Positions 18,227 to 28,703 of a DNA stretch of 64,000 bases are shown piece by piece. Where the stretch lies: NCBI GenBank assembly GCA_038874135.1, contig JAVZCZ010000001.1, positions 224,001-288,000 on the forward strand, written 5' to 3'. A program made the translations under genes and the position numbers. The notes beneath the pieces were generated by a model. That model did not search any database and had not been told where the DNA came from. It saw only the letters and a list, made by a program, of their open reading frames with translations. The DNA comes from Candidatus Woesearchaeota archaeon. Lineage in GTDB: Archaea > Nanobdellota > Nanobdellia > Woesearchaeales > 0-14-0-80-44-23. The first letter of the stretch is position 1. Each line of letters starts with the position of its first letter.

Positions 18227-18366
18227 TTTTTACACCTCTTTTTGATTAAAAAGTAAAATCATGTCTCACCTTCTTTTAAGAGAGAGAGATTTATAAAACT
18301 TTTGTAGGAAGAATAAAGTATTAATCTTTCACGGCTTAAAAAGTTTTAAATAATTAAAGAAATTCC

Positions 18367-20136
18367 TTGGATGTAAAAAAGGGATTGGAAGAAATGAGAG
18401 ATACAAGCGAGAAAAATGGCGATTTTAACATAAGGACAGGATTAATGTCTGAGATAAGAAAGTATGCTTTGCAAAATGCAGTTCTGCACGATGGAAAGGC
18501 AGATGCTGGAGCAGTTCTTGGAAAAATATTAGGCGTAGAGCCTGAACTTAAAAAGGATATTCAACAGCTGAGGAAGATTATTGAAGAAGTAGTTGACGAG
18601 GTTAATTGCTCAAAGCTGGAAGTTCAGAAGAAGATGCTTGAAGAGATAGCTCCAGAGCTCCTTCAGAAGAAGGAGAAGTCAAACGAGTTGAAGGAATTAG
18701 AAGAAGTAGATACAAAAAAAGGAGTTGTCATGAGGTTTGCACCATCACCATCCGGACCGATGCATATAGGTCACGCGATAACTGGAGGAATAACAAGCCT
18801 TTATGTAAAGAAGTATGGAGGAAAGTTCATTCTAAGAATTGAGGATACAAACAGCGATAACATCTACGAGCCGGCTTATAACATGCTTGTAGAAGATGCA
18901 AACTGGATATTTGGCAATGTCTCTGAGGTTTGGATACAGTCTGATAGAATGGAAATATATTACAAGTACGCTAGGAAGATGTTGGAGATGGGTGCACTTT
19001 ATGTATGCACCTGCCCTAATGAAGAGTTCAAAAGGCATGTGGAAAACAGGACAGAATGCCCGTGCAGGAACCTTCCGATAGAGGAGCACCTTAGAAGGTG
19101 GGAGAAGATGCTGGATAGGGAGCATGGCTACAGGGAAGGAGAGGCAGTAGTCAGATTTAAGTCCAGCATGCAGCACGAAAATCCTGCGATGAGGGATTTT
19201 CCACTATTAAGAATAAACGACTCAAAGCACCCCAGGCAGGGGTTCAAGTATAGAGTTTGGCCCCTAATGAACTTCTCAGTGTTCGTGGACGATGTAGAAG
19301 CGGGAATGACTCACATCATAAGGGGAAAAGACCATATGGACAATGCCAAGAGGCAGGCAATGATGTATAAGGTTCTTGGCAGGAAGGAGCCCAAAACATA
19401 CTTTGTAGGTAGATATAAGTTCATAGGTTTAGAGCTCTCGTGCAGCAAAACCAAGCAGAGGATCTCAAAAGGAGAGTTCTCAGGCTGGGATGACATAAGA
19501 CTGCCATTCTTAGTAGCTCTTAGGAGGAGGGGCTACCAACCAGGAGCATTCTTGAAGTACGCGCAGATGAACGGCCTTTCTGAAGTGGATAAGACCGTGG
19601 CTGCTGAAGAATTTTTCAAAACTATAAACAAGTTTAACAAGGAGATAATAGATCAAATAGCGCGCAGGTATTTCTTTGTGGAAGAGCCTGTTGAGATAAC
19701 AATTGAAGGAGCGCCAAATGTGATATCTCACATTCCAAAGCATCCCGACCATCCGGAGTATGGAGTGAGAGAATTAGAGAGCGCGGGAAGGTTCTATATC
19801 AGCAGGCAGGACTATGAAAGCTTAGAGGCTGGCAAGCTCTACCGCCTTATGGACTGTCTAAATTTCAGAAGGGAAGGGAACAGGTTTGTGTTCATATCAA
19901 AAGATGTTGAAGAGTACAAGCGCGATGGTCATGGGATAATGCACTGGCTCCCGGTAGAAGCAAACTTGCCCAAGGTAAATGTATTAATGCCTGACAATAC
20001 GCTCAGAACCGGCTTAGGAGAGCCTTCTCTTAAAAGCCTGACAGTAGGGGAAGTTGTCCAGTTTGAAAGGTTCGGATTCGCCCGTATAGACAGTATTAAG
20101 AATGGAATCTTAGAGTTCTGGTTCGCTCACAAGTGA
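18367..20136 (+). CDS. gltX: Glutamate--tRNA ligase (true start probably a downstream ATG)
   Basis: KYALQNA..HDGKA, MRFAPSPSGPMHIGH, LRIEDT, THIIRGKDH, GWDDIRL, QFERFGF. Confidence 0.96.
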   Translation: MDVKKGLEEMRDTSEKNGDFNIRTGLMSEIRKYALQNAVLHDGKADAGAVLGKILGVEPELKKDIQQLRKIIEEVVDEVNCSKLEVQKKMLEEIAPELLQKKEKSNELKELEEVDTKKGVVMRFAPSPSGPMHIGHAITGGITSLYVKKYGGKFILRIEDTNSDNIYEPAYNMLVEDANWIFGNVSEVWIQSDRMEIYYKYARKMLEMGALYVCTCPNEEFKRHVENRTECPCRNLPIEEHLRRWEKMLDREHGYREGEAVVRFKSSMQHENPAMRDFPLLRINDSKHPRQGFKYRVWPLMNFSVFVDDVEAGMTHIIRGKDHMDNAKRQAMMYKVLGRKEPKTYFVGRYKFIGLELSCSKTKQRISKGEFSGWDDIRLPFLVALRRRGYQPGAFLKYAQMNGLSEVDKTVAAEEFFKTINKFNKEIIDQIARRYFFVEEPVEITIEGAPNVISHIPKHPDHPEYGVRELESAGRFYISRQDYESLEAGKLYRLMDCLNFRREGNRFVFISKDVEEYKRDGHGIMHWLPVEANLPKVNVLMPDNTLRTGLGEPSLKSLTVGEVVQFERFGFARIDSIKNGILEFWFAHK

Positions 20137-20207
20137 GCACTTAATAATAGAAATATTTATAAATTGAATTGTATAAAAAAGTATACGAGTAGGTATTTTT
20201 CAGTAAG

Positions 20208-21440
20208 ATGAGGTGTTTGATAATGAATAAAAAGCCGACACTTACCCTTATTGCAACACTATTAGTATTATTCTTAATGCTTCCGGTAGTGCGAGCCGCT
20301 TCGAATGAGAACGCTGCATACTATTTGTCTAGGTTTATAGACTCGCTGATAAATCTCTGGAATGGTGACAGCAACGGCTTCAGCAGAAGTCTTGTGGACT
20401 CATTGCCACTATTCGCAGTTTTCCTGATGATATTTGTGATAATCTGGTTTCTCTCATCAGAAACAATATTCAGGGGAGCTCAGAATCCTAAGCTGTCAAT
20501 AGTTCTCGGCATAGCAATGGCACTCATTGCGATCTGGACTCCCACAGTATTCCAGTTTATAATGAAGCTTGGAACAATAACAATAGTTGTAATAACAATA
20601 ATAACATTCATACTGCTGGGAACTGTAGCTCAGAAGAGGGCAAGTATAGATATCTCATCTGCAAATACCGAACTTGCAAGGATTAGGCAGAGCGAGTTCA
20701 AAGAAGTAAAAGATGCAAAGAGGTTAGAACAGGATTTAAGAGTTGAAGCAACTCTTCAGGATAAAGAAAGAAACGAGCTTGTAAAAGCTGAAGAAGAGCT
20801 TAAAAGCCTACTCGCAGCAGATAAGGACATTGCCACTACGCTAAAGAGCATTCTTAACACTCTTGCACACATAAACGGAGTTAGGAGTGAGGGTGAAAAA
20901 GCAAAGTATATCTCACTGCTTCAGAGCCAGCTCTCAGCAGTAAATGCTAAGCTTGCCACAAGAATTAACAGGTTAAAAGACATTAAAACTAAAGTATTAA
21001 ATCTTGAGAAAGACATGAAGAAAAAAAATGTCATAGCTCAAGATGATGCAAAAAGAGTGAAAGAGCTATTAGAAGATGCTAAGAGAACTCCTAAAGAAAA
21101 TGATAAGAAGATTATAGAGATAGTAAATGAAGAAGTTAGTAACATGGAAAAACTTATAAAAGAGGAGGAAGAGCTCGCACAATCCATTAAAAAGTTGGAA
21201 ATATTAGATGAAGAGGACAATGCACGATTGAAGAATGCTATTCAGGACTCAATAAACAGTTTATACAATCACAATATTAATAATGCTATGACTGAAATAA
21301 ACAATGCATTACACCTACTTTCAATTACTGAAAAGTATGAGCTTGAAATTGGACAGATTGAAAACAAGATAGCTGATTTTGAGAACAGAATTAAGACAAT
21401 TGAGCGAAACATAGATGCTGCGATAAGGCAGATTGAGTAA
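20208..21440 (+). CDS. Hypothetical membrane protein with long C-terminal coiled coil
   Basis: Signal-like N-terminus, about three TM segments, then roughly 270 aa of heptads. Confidence 0.65.
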   Translation: MRCLIMNKKPTLTLIATLLVLFLMLPVVRAASNENAAYYLSRFIDSLINLWNGDSNGFSRSLVDSLPLFAVFLMIFVIIWFLSSETIFRGAQNPKLSIVLGIAMALIAIWTPTVFQFIMKLGTITIVVITIITFILLGTVAQKRASIDISSANTELARIRQSEFKEVKDAKRLEQDLRVEATLQDKERNELVKAEEELKSLLAADKDIATTLKSILNTLAHINGVRSEGEKAKYISLLQSQLSAVNAKLATRINRLKDIKTKVLNLEKDMKKKNVIAQDDAKRVKELLEDAKRTPKENDKKIIEIVNEEVSNMEKLIKEEEELAQSIKKLEILDEEDNARLKNAIQDSINSLYNHNINNAMTEINNALHLLSITEKYELEIGQIENKIADFENRIKTIERNIDAAIRQIE

Positions 21441-21511
21441 TCTCATTTTTCTTTAAAATTTTAAATTTAAAATAAAAAGCTTTATAAATAGAGCCCTAAC
21501 TCCAACTTCTA

Positions 21512-21586
21512 ACCTGTGATTGATGAGAGCCCTAAAGCTCGAATGAGGTAACTCTTCTTTAGGACTCTCTATGGGTGGAGGTAGTT
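21512..21586 (+). promoter_or_regulatory. L7Ae 5' leader: tandem K-turn hairpin plus SD-sequestering hairpin
   Basis: ACC-UGU-GAUU-GAU-GAGAGC-(CCUAAA)-GCUCGA-AUGA-GGU forms two 3-nt bulges, each followed by tandem G.A pairs; TATA at 21481. Confidence 0.8.
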
Positions 21587-21591
21587 TGAAA

Positions 21592-21942
21592 ATGCCGTCT
21601 GAAATAGCTGAAAAGGTTTTGGAAGCGATAGAGGTTGCCAAGACAACTGGTAAGATAAAGAAGGGCACAAACGAAGTTACAAAGGCAATTGAGAGGGGAA
21701 CTGCCAAGCTTGTAGTTTATGCTAAAGACATAACCCCTGCTGAGATAGTGATGCACCTGCCCCTTCTAGCTAAAGAGAAGGGAATTCCCTGCGTAGAGGT
21801 TCCAAGCAAGGAAGAACTGGGAGCTGCCTGCGGCATAGGAGTTCCGACTGCAAGCGTAGCCATAATAGAAGAGGGAGAAGCTAAGAAGCAGGTCAAGGAG
21901 ATAATTGAAGCATTGAATCCTAAAGAGAGCAAGAAGGAGTAA
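21592..21942 (+). CDS. rpl7ae: 50S ribosomal protein L7Ae (eL8)
   Basis: [38 protein letters not shown]; GGAGGT SD before ATG 21592. Confidence 0.96.
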   Translation: MPSEIAEKVLEAIEVAKTTGKIKKGTNEVTKAIERGTAKLVVYAKDITPAEIVMHLPLLAKEKGIPCVEVPSKEELGAACGIGVPTASVAIIEEGEAKKQVKEIIEALNPKESKKE

Positions 21943-21948
21943 AAGGGG

Positions 21949-22284
21949 GTGCCTAAAATGAAGAAGGAAAAAGAGATGGTTACCCCTATCGGAATGGAAG
22001 AGGCTCCTGCAGGTAAGGGTGAAAAGCCCGGCAAGGAAGCCGCTCCCCAAGTGGCTGGCGGAAAGGTAACCTTCTCACAGGCGTGGAGCGCAAGGGTTGA
22101 AGAAGTTATCGGAAGAACCGGCACGCGTGGCGAGGTTACACAGGTTAGGTGCAAAATTTTAGAAGGCAGGGACGAAGGCAAGGTAATAAGAAGAAATGTT
22201 ATAGGCCCTGTCAGGGTTGGAGACATATTGATGCTGAGAGAAACTGAGATTGAAGCTAGGAAGCTTACACAATCAAGAAAGTAA
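21949..22284 (+). CDS. rps28e: 30S ribosomal protein S28e with N-terminal extension
   Basis: [38 protein letters not shown]. Confidence 0.93.
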   Translation: MPKMKKEKEMVTPIGMEEAPAGKGEKPGKEAAPQVAGGKVTFSQAWSARVEEVIGRTGTRGEVTQVRCKILEGRDEGKVIRRNVIGPVRVGDILMLRETEIEARKLTQSRK

Positions 22285-22293
22285 GGAATCAGG

Positions 22294-22482
22294 GTGGTCA
22301 TAATGGCTAAGTGCAGCTTTTGTGGAAGGAACATTCCCAGGGGTACTGGAATAATCTTCGTTAGGACTAGCGGTAAGATCCTACACTTCTGCTCAACAAA
22401 GTGCCAGAAGAACATGCTCAAGCTGGGCAGGAAGCCTGGAAGGCTGAAGTGGACTGAGAAGTACGGAGCGGAGATGGAGTGA
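22294..22482 (+). CDS. rpl24e: 50S ribosomal protein L24e
   Basis: CSFCG..I..GTG, FCSTKC, LKWT. Confidence 0.95.
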   Translation: MVIMAKCSFCGRNIPRGTGIIFVRTSGKILHFCSTKCQKNMLKLGRKPGRLKWTEKYGAEME

Positions 22483-22497
22483 ATCTTCACTTAGAAG

Positions 22498-23094
22498 GTG
22501 GGTGTGATGAGCGATAAAAAGCCAGAGCATGAGCGTTTCATAGAAAGAACTTTGGTACTGATAAAGCCAGATGCAGTGCAGCGGGGCCTGATAGGAAGGA
22601 TTATTGAAAGGTTTGAGAATGTCGGCTTGAAGATTGTTGGGATGAAGATGATTCAGGCTGATAAAGAGTTGGCGATGAAGCACTATCCTAAGAAGTTGAT
22701 AGAGGTTATGGGAGAGAAAACTTTGAATGACTGGAAAGAGATGGGAATAAACACTGATTTGGATAAGGTCAGAATTGGAGAGAAGGCGTGGAACGATCTA
22801 ATCTCATTTGCCATAGAATCTCCGATGGTGGCTATAGTTCTGGAAGGTGTTCACGCTGTAGAGGTTGTTAGGAAGATGTGCGGGCCTACCTCTCCACATA
22901 AGGCGCCTCCTGGAACCATAAGGGGTGATTTTTCGCACATAAGCATGGGCTACGCTTCCAGTAGGGGCTTTGGCGGCAGGAATATAATTCATGCCTCAGG
23001 CAGCAAGGGTGAGGCTGAGGCTGAGATCATGCTCTGGTTCAAGCCGAATGAGATTTATAATTACCAGACGGTTTGGGAGAAGCATTTAAGATGA
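22498..23094 (+). CDS. ndk: Nucleoside diphosphate kinase
   Basis: ERTLVLIKPDAVQRGLIG, PGTIRGDF, RNIIHAS. Confidence 0.95.
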   Translation: MGVMSDKKPEHERFIERTLVLIKPDAVQRGLIGRIIERFENVGLKIVGMKMIQADKELAMKHYPKKLIEVMGEKTLNDWKEMGINTDLDKVRIGEKAWNDLISFAIESPMVAIVLEGVHAVEVVRKMCGPTSPHKAPPGTIRGDFSHISMGYASSRGFGGRNIIHASGSKGEAEAEIMLWFKPNEIYNYQTVWEKHLR

Positions 23095-23112
23095 AAAGGT
23101 GAGGTTGATAAA

Positions 23113-25314
23113 ATGTCGGAAAAGATGGTTGAGAAGGTAATGAGGCTGATGAAGAATCCTTCGCACATAAGGAACATTTGCACTTCAGCCCATATTGATC
23201 ACGGAAAGACAACATTCTCAGATAATCTGCTCCTTGGAGCGGGAATGATTTCTGAAGAGCTGGCTGGGAAGCAGTGTGTCCTGGACTTTCACGAGGACGA
23301 AAAGGCAAGGGGAATTACCATTGATGCAGCAAATGCCAGCATGGTGCAGGAGTATGAGGGTGAGGAATACCTCATAAATCTTATAGACACACCAGGACAT
23401 GTTGACTTCGGAGGAGATGTTACCAGAGCTATGAGGGCTATTGACGGAACCATAGTGCTCTGCTGTGCTGTGGAGGGGATAATGCCGCAGACAGAAACGG
23501 TTATAAAGCAGGCTCTGAGGGAAAGGGTTAAACCAGTTCTGTTCATAAATAAGGTGGATCGCCTAATCAAGGAGCTCAAGCTTACTCCCGAGCAGATGCA
23601 GGAGCGCTTTATAAACATAATCAACAACTTCAACAGGCTCATAAGAAATATTGCTGAGAAGGAGTTTGCTGAAAAGTGGCAGGTGAATGTTAATGATGGA
23701 AGCGTCGCCTTTGGAAGCGCATTTCACAAGTGGGCTTTGTCTGTGCCTTATATGAAAAGCCACGGAATAACCTTCAAGGACATAATTGATGCATATAACT
23801 CGGGAGACCAGGAAAAGATTGACGAACTTGCAAAGAGGGCTCCGCTCCACAAGGTAGTGCTGGACATGTCAATAAAGCACCATCCTTCCCCGCTTGAAGC
23901 TCAGAAGTACAGGATTCCTAAGATATGGCACGGCGATTTGAACTCAAAGTTTGGACAGGACCTGCTCAGCTGCAATCCTAACGGGGAGCTAGCTTTTGTA
24001 GTTACAAAGATAGTTATTGACAAGCACGCTGGAGAGGTTGCTGCAGGAAGATTATTCTCAGGCACATTAAAGACGGGAGAGGAGGTTTATCTTAACGGGG
24101 CTAAAACAAGAGTGAGAGTGCAGCAGATTTCAATCTATAACGGGCCTAAGAGAGAGATAATTGAAGAGGCACTGCCAGGGAACATAATTGGAGTGGTTGG
24201 CTTAAAAGGAGTCTTTGCCGGCGAGACAGTTACAAGGGAACCTGTGGACCCGCCGTTTGAGGCTATAAAGCACATCTTTGAGCCGGTGGTAACAAAGGCA
24301 ATTGAGGCAAAGAAGCCTTCAGACCTTCCCAAGCTTGTAGAAGTTTTAAGGCAGGTTAACAAGGAAGATCCGGGAGTTAAGATTCAGATTAATGAGGAAA
24401 CTGGAGAGCATCTCATAAGTGGTATGGGAGAGCTCCACTTAGAAGTAATAGAGAATAGGATAAGAACTGAAAAGGGAGTGGATGTTGTTACGAGCAATCC
24501 AATTGTAGTTTACAGGGAAACCGTTACAAAAACATCGCCTGAAGTGGAAGGAAAATCTCCTAACAAGCACAACAAATTCTACTTTGTTGTTGAGCCTCTG
24601 GAAGATGTTTATTACAACGCCATAAGGGAGGATAAAATTCCTGAAGGCAGAGTAAAGAAGAATGATGACACTGTGTGGAGAAAACTGGAAGAGCTTGGCA
24701 TGGACACTAAGATTGCGAGAAAGGTTAAAGACATATACAATGGAAACATGCTGATAGACATGACAAGGGGAATTGTGCACATAGGTGAAGTCATAGAGCT
24801 GATAATGGACTCATTTGAGGATGTAATGTCAGCAGGTCCTCTTGCGAGAGAACCGTGTATGAAGATGAAAGTGATGCTTATGGACACTAAGCTTCACGAA
24901 GACGCTATTCATAGAGGACCCGCACAGGTTTATCCTGCTGTTAGAGACGGAATAAGAGGAGCAATACTCTTAGCCAGACCTATGTTGTTTGAGCCTGTTC
25001 AGACTATGCAGTTTGAGGCTCCTGAAGAGTACCTTGGAGACCTTTCAAAGCTTATAAGTAATAAGCGTGGACAGATGATAGATGTTCAGCAGGAAAACGG
25101 GCAGGTGATAATAAAAGCGAAACTTCCCGTTGCAGAGATGATTGGGCTAAGCAACGATTTGAGGTCCACAACTGGCGGAAGGGGAACCCAGTTTGTAGTT
25201 GATCAGGTCTTTGAGAAGGTTCCCGAAGAGCTTCAGCCAAAGATATTGGAGAGCATCAGGAAGAGAAAGGGTCTTAAGGTGGATGCAGAAACAGGAGTTG
25301 CAGTTCAGGCGTGA
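23113..25314 (+). CDS. fusA: Elongation factor EF-2
   Basis: AHIDHGKTT, DTPGHVDF, NKVD, GMGELHLE, diphthamide loop HEDAIHRGPAQ. Confidence 0.98.
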   Translation: MSEKMVEKVMRLMKNPSHIRNICTSAHIDHGKTTFSDNLLLGAGMISEELAGKQCVLDFHEDEKARGITIDAANASMVQEYEGEEYLINLIDTPGHVDFGGDVTRAMRAIDGTIVLCCAVEGIMPQTETVIKQALRERVKPVLFINKVDRLIKELKLTPEQMQERFINIINNFNRLIRNIAEKEFAEKWQVNVNDGSVAFGSAFHKWALSVPYMKSHGITFKDIIDAYNSGDQEKIDELAKRAPLHKVVLDMSIKHHPSPLEAQKYRIPKIWHGDLNSKFGQDLLSCNPNGELAFVVTKIVIDKHAGEVAAGRLFSGTLKTGEEVYLNGAKTRVRVQQISIYNGPKREIIEEALPGNIIGVVGLKGVFAGETVTREPVDPPFEAIKHIFEPVVTKAIEAKKPSDLPKLVEVLRQVNKEDPGVKIQINEETGEHLISGMGELHLEVIENRIRTEKGVDVVTSNPIVVYRETVTKTSPEVEGKSPNKHNKFYFVVEPLEDVYYNAIREDKIPEGRVKKNDDTVWRKLEELGMDTKIARKVKDIYNGNMLIDMTRGIVHIGEVIELIMDSFEDVMSAGPLAREPCMKMKVMLMDTKLHEDAIHRGPAQVYPAVRDGIRGAILLARPMLFEPVQTMQFEAPEEYLGDLSKLISNKRGQMIDVQQENGQVIIKAKLPVAEMIGLSNDLRSTTGGRGTQFVVDQVFEKVPEELQPKILESIRKRKGLKVDAETGVAVQA

Positions 25315-25417
25315 TATGCTTTTTTGTTTTGATTTTTAAAAATATTTTAAGGGAAAGTTTTATAAATAACAACAAAAAACCCGTATTAAAAAAATAGAAA
25401 AATGGAGGAAGTGCAAA

Positions 25418-26710
25418 ATGCCAAAGACAAAGGAGCACATTAACCTTGTGTTTATAGGACATGTGGATCACGGAAAGTCCACAACAGTAGGAAGACTGCT
25501 GTATGATTCGGGAAATATAGACGAGCAAACTATGAAGAAGCTCAAGGACAGAGCAAAAGAGCTTGGAAAGGTCGGATTTGAATTCGCCTTCGTAATGGAT
25601 AACCTTAAAGAGGAGCAGGAGAGGGGCGTTACAATAGACCTCTCGCACAAGAAGTTTGAAACTGACAAGTACTACTTTACAATAATTGACGCTCCAGGCC
25701 ATAGGGACTTTATTAAGAACATGATTACTGGAGCCTCTCAGGCAGATGCTGCTGTTCTTGTAGTTTCTGCAAATCCTGGAGATGGAGTTCAGGCTCAAAC
25801 TCAGGAGCATGTATTCCTGTCAAGAACCTTAGGAGTAGCACAGCTGATAGTAGCAATAAACAAGATGGACATGGCTAAGTATGACCAGAAGAGGTTTAAC
25901 GAGGTAAAGGACGAGGTTACAAAGCTGCTGAAGACAGTTGGTTATAATCCTGAAAAGGTACAGTTTGTAGCAATGGCGGCCTATCCTGGAGACAATGTTG
26001 TTAAGAAGAGCACAAACATGCCATGGTATACTGGACCTACTCTGCTTGAGGCAATTAACAACTTGGAAGTTCCGAAGAAGCCAACTGACCTTCCACTCAG
26101 GCTTCCAATCCAGGATGTGTATAACATCACTGGAATAGGTGTTGTTCCTGTAGGAAAGGTTGAGACTGGAATAATGAAGGTTGGAGACAAGGTCATAATA
26201 GTTCCTGCCAGAGAGGGTAAGGGCGTTACAGGAGAGGTTAAGAGCATAGAGATGCACCACGAGCAGCTGCAGCAGGCAGAGCCTGGAGACAATGTAGGCT
26301 TCAACATTAGGGGTATAGAAAAGAAGGACATTGCAAGAGGAGACGTTCTTGGACATGTCACCAATGTGCCTACAGTAGCAACTGAGTTTACAGCTCAGAT
26401 TGTTGTCTTAAACCATCCGAGCGTTATTACTGTAGGATATACTCCGGTGTTCCACGTGCACACTGCTCAGGTAGCATGCCAGGTTAAGGAGATTGTAAAG
26501 CAGATAAATCCCGCAACTGGCGAAGTGATAAAAGAGCATCCCGACTTCATAAAGAAGGGAGACGCAGCAGTTGTAGTTTTCAAGCCCATAACACCGATTG
26601 TCATAGAAAAGAACAAGGACATTCCGCAGCTCGCCAGGTTCGCAATTAGGGACTCTGGAATTACAGTCGCTGCAGGAATGTGTATTGATGTGGTGAAGAA
26701 GCAGATTTAA
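25418..26710 (+). CDS. tuf: Elongation factor EF-1 alpha
   Basis: [48 protein letters not shown]. Confidence 0.98.
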   Translation: MPKTKEHINLVFIGHVDHGKSTTVGRLLYDSGNIDEQTMKKLKDRAKELGKVGFEFAFVMDNLKEEQERGVTIDLSHKKFETDKYYFTIIDAPGHRDFIKNMITGASQADAAVLVVSANPGDGVQAQTQEHVFLSRTLGVAQLIVAINKMDMAKYDQKRFNEVKDEVTKLLKTVGYNPEKVQFVAMAAYPGDNVVKKSTNMPWYTGPTLLEAINNLEVPKKPTDLPLRLPIQDVYNITGIGVVPVGKVETGIMKVGDKVIIVPAREGKGVTGEVKSIEMHHEQLQQAEPGDNVGFNIRGIEKKDIARGDVLGHVTNVPTVATEFTAQIVVLNHPSVITVGYTPVFHVHTAQVACQVKEIVKQINPATGEVIKEHPDFIKKGDAAVVVFKPITPIVIEKNKDIPQLARFAIRDSGITVAAGMCIDVVKKQI

Positions 26711-26789
26711 ACTGCTTCTCCAATTTTTTCCTTTATGACAAAAGGGCCATGGCGAACAATGTTCATCATGGAATAGGAGAAGGATAGCG

Positions 26790-27101
26790 ATGCAAAGAGC
26801 AAGAATAAAACTTTCAAGCACGGACATAAACAAGATAAACCAGACCTGTGAGTATATTAAGGGAATTTTAGAGAAGACCGGAGTTGACATGAAGGGGCCT
26901 ATTCCCCTGCCTACTCAGAAGCTAAAAGTGACTACCAGAAAGGGTCCTTGCGGTAATGGGACTGCCACTTGGGAACGTTATGAGATGAGGATTCATAAGC
27001 GCTTGATTGACATTGGGGTTGATGAGAGAACTCTTAGGCTTATTATGAGGGTTCCAATCCCTGAGGGCTTGAATATTGAGATTGAGATTGTAGATGAGTG
27101 A
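26790..27101 (+). CDS. rps10: 30S ribosomal protein S10 (uS10)
   Basis: ARIKLSS, GPIPLPT, RKGPCGNGTATWERYEMRIHKRLID. Confidence 0.97.
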   Translation: MQRARIKLSSTDINKINQTCEYIKGILEKTGVDMKGPIPLPTQKLKVTTRKGPCGNGTATWERYEMRIHKRLIDIGVDERTLRLIMRVPIPEGLNIEIEIVDE

Positions 27102-27118
27102 AATCTAATTCTTTATTT

Positions 27119-27424
27119 TTAAGGTTTAAAGAGTATTGCTTCAAGACCGCTTAGCCACTTTCGGGCTTTCTCTTCTGAAGATTTGCAATTTGAAAGCTCA
27201 GCATAGCATCTGATTGCCTGCGCGAACTCTTGTCTTATTTTTTCCCGCTCTTCTCTCCTTAGAAATCTATTAGTAGCGTATTTGGTATTTTCTAGTATGT
27301 AGTCTGATATGAAGTTGTATATGTTTATTGTGCTTTTAATGTGGTTTAAAGCGTTAAGAATTGACTCATATGGTGTTAATCTCCCATTTTCAGAGTATTT
27401 TTGATACAGGTTTTGTTCGCCCAT
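27119..27424 (-). CDS. Hypothetical protein
   Basis: 101-aa ORF, distantly similar to its upstream neighbour. Confidence 0.55.
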   Translation of the reverse strand: MGEQNLYQKYSENGRLTPYESILNALNHIKSTINIYNFISDYILENTKYATNRFLRREEREKIRQEFAQAIRCYAELSNCKSSEEKARKWLSGLEAILFKP

Positions 27425-27425
27425 T

Positions 27426-27749
27426 TTACTTATTTTTCACTCCATAAAAGCAGCTTATTAAGTGCTCTAATGCTAAGCACCACTGGTTCATCTTAAAAAT
27501 TGATTCGTAAGAGTAGTTGTTGTTAGAAACATAATCGCTAAGGACATCTAAAACTCGCTGCTTAACATAAGTGAGATAGGATTCTCTTATCTTTTTATGA
27601 GGATTATTGTCCATTATTAAATCAAAGAGGTAGCCTTCTATATCTGATTGTTTGGAAAGTGAATCTATCATTTTATATATTCTTATCTCGTTAAAAGGGT
27701 CGTTTTGAAGTTTGCCTTCAAGGTTGTCATTCAATTTTTCATCCCCCAT
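27426..27749 (-). CDS. Hypothetical protein
   Basis: 107-aa ORF, 1 nt from the next gene; AT-rich. Confidence 0.55.
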   Translation of the reverse strand: MGDEKLNDNLEGKLQNDPFNEIRIYKMIDSLSKQSDIEGYLFDLIMDNNPHKKIRESYLTYVKQRVLDVLSDYVSNNNYSYESIFKMNQWCLALEHLISCFYGVKNK

Positions 27750-27839
27750 ACTTTTTTATGTTAAAGTGCTTTTAATATAAAAATCTTTCTATTAGTTGCC
27801 ATTATTAAATGACAACAAATTTTAATTTCATTGTGCGAA

Positions 27840-28682
27840 TTACTTTCTCGCCAGAACTCCTAGGACTTTCTCCTCACAAACAACATTTTTAAATCCTATC
27901 CTTCTGAACCTTTTTGCTACTGAGCCCATCAAGTCAACATTCCTGAATTTTGAGCCGGGCTTTCCAGTATAATGATAGATGTATCCTCCCTGTTTTAATT
28001 TTAAGTAGAGTTTCTTGTAAAAATCGTCAGAATAGAGTTCGCCAGCAATAAGAATTGAAGGCGGGTCGTGAATTATAAAATCAAAATAATCATCTCTGAA
28101 CGAGTTTATGCCTGAGATTATGCTCTCCTCATGTAGGATTATCTTTTTATTTGAAAAAAGCTCTCTGCTCCAAGGGTTTATCCTTTGAAGTTTTAGAACT
28201 GCCTTATCCTTTTCAAAAGTGTGCACCTCCTCAGCATTCTTGGAAGCTAGAATTGCAGTGTAGCCAAGACCTGTGCAAGTGTCCAAAACTTTTCCAAATA
28301 TGCTGCCTAGAGAGGAGATCTTGCTTTGTGAGTCCTCCCACGGGCTCATATCTTTTGTCCTGTGCATTCTTATCCCTGAAATCTCTATTGTTGGCGCTCC
28401 CCCTGTGGGGAAGAGTTTGTAGTAAAGGTTTGTCTCTTCTGAGAACACTGCAACCTTTTTGAACTCGCTTCCATCCAGAAAGAAACAGCTTTTTTCATCC
28501 TTAATTATCTTTTGAAGTTCTGAAACTTGGCAGGATTCTCCCGAGGGAAAATGCAGTTTTCCGCCCTCAATTCTGACTTTAGAGGTAGTAATGCCCAGAT
28601 CCAGAGAGGTTTCAACTTCTCCATCCCCAAACTTGGAAAGTGCGTAGATTGGCTGTGCCTCGTAATGTGAGAGTATTATCAT
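27840..28682 (-). CDS. SAM-dependent methyltransferase (archaeal COG2521-like)
   Basis: PTIEISGIRMH, VLDTCTGLGYTA, NPWS, IIHDPP, GELYS. Confidence 0.88.
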   Translation of the reverse strand: MIILSHYEAQPIYALSKFGDGEVETSLDLGITTSKVRIEGGKLHFPSGESCQVSELQKIIKDEKSCFFLDGSEFKKVAVFSEETNLYYKLFPTGGAPTIEISGIRMHRTKDMSPWEDSQSKISSLGSIFGKVLDTCTGLGYTAILASKNAEEVHTFEKDKAVLKLQRINPWSRELFSNKKIILHEESIISGINSFRDDYFDFIIHDPPSILIAGELYSDDFYKKLYLKLKQGGYIYHYTGKPGSKFRNVDLMGSVAKRFRRIGFKNVVCEEKVLGVLARK

Positions 28683-28703
28683 TTTTCCTCTTTAAACAAT
28701 TAA

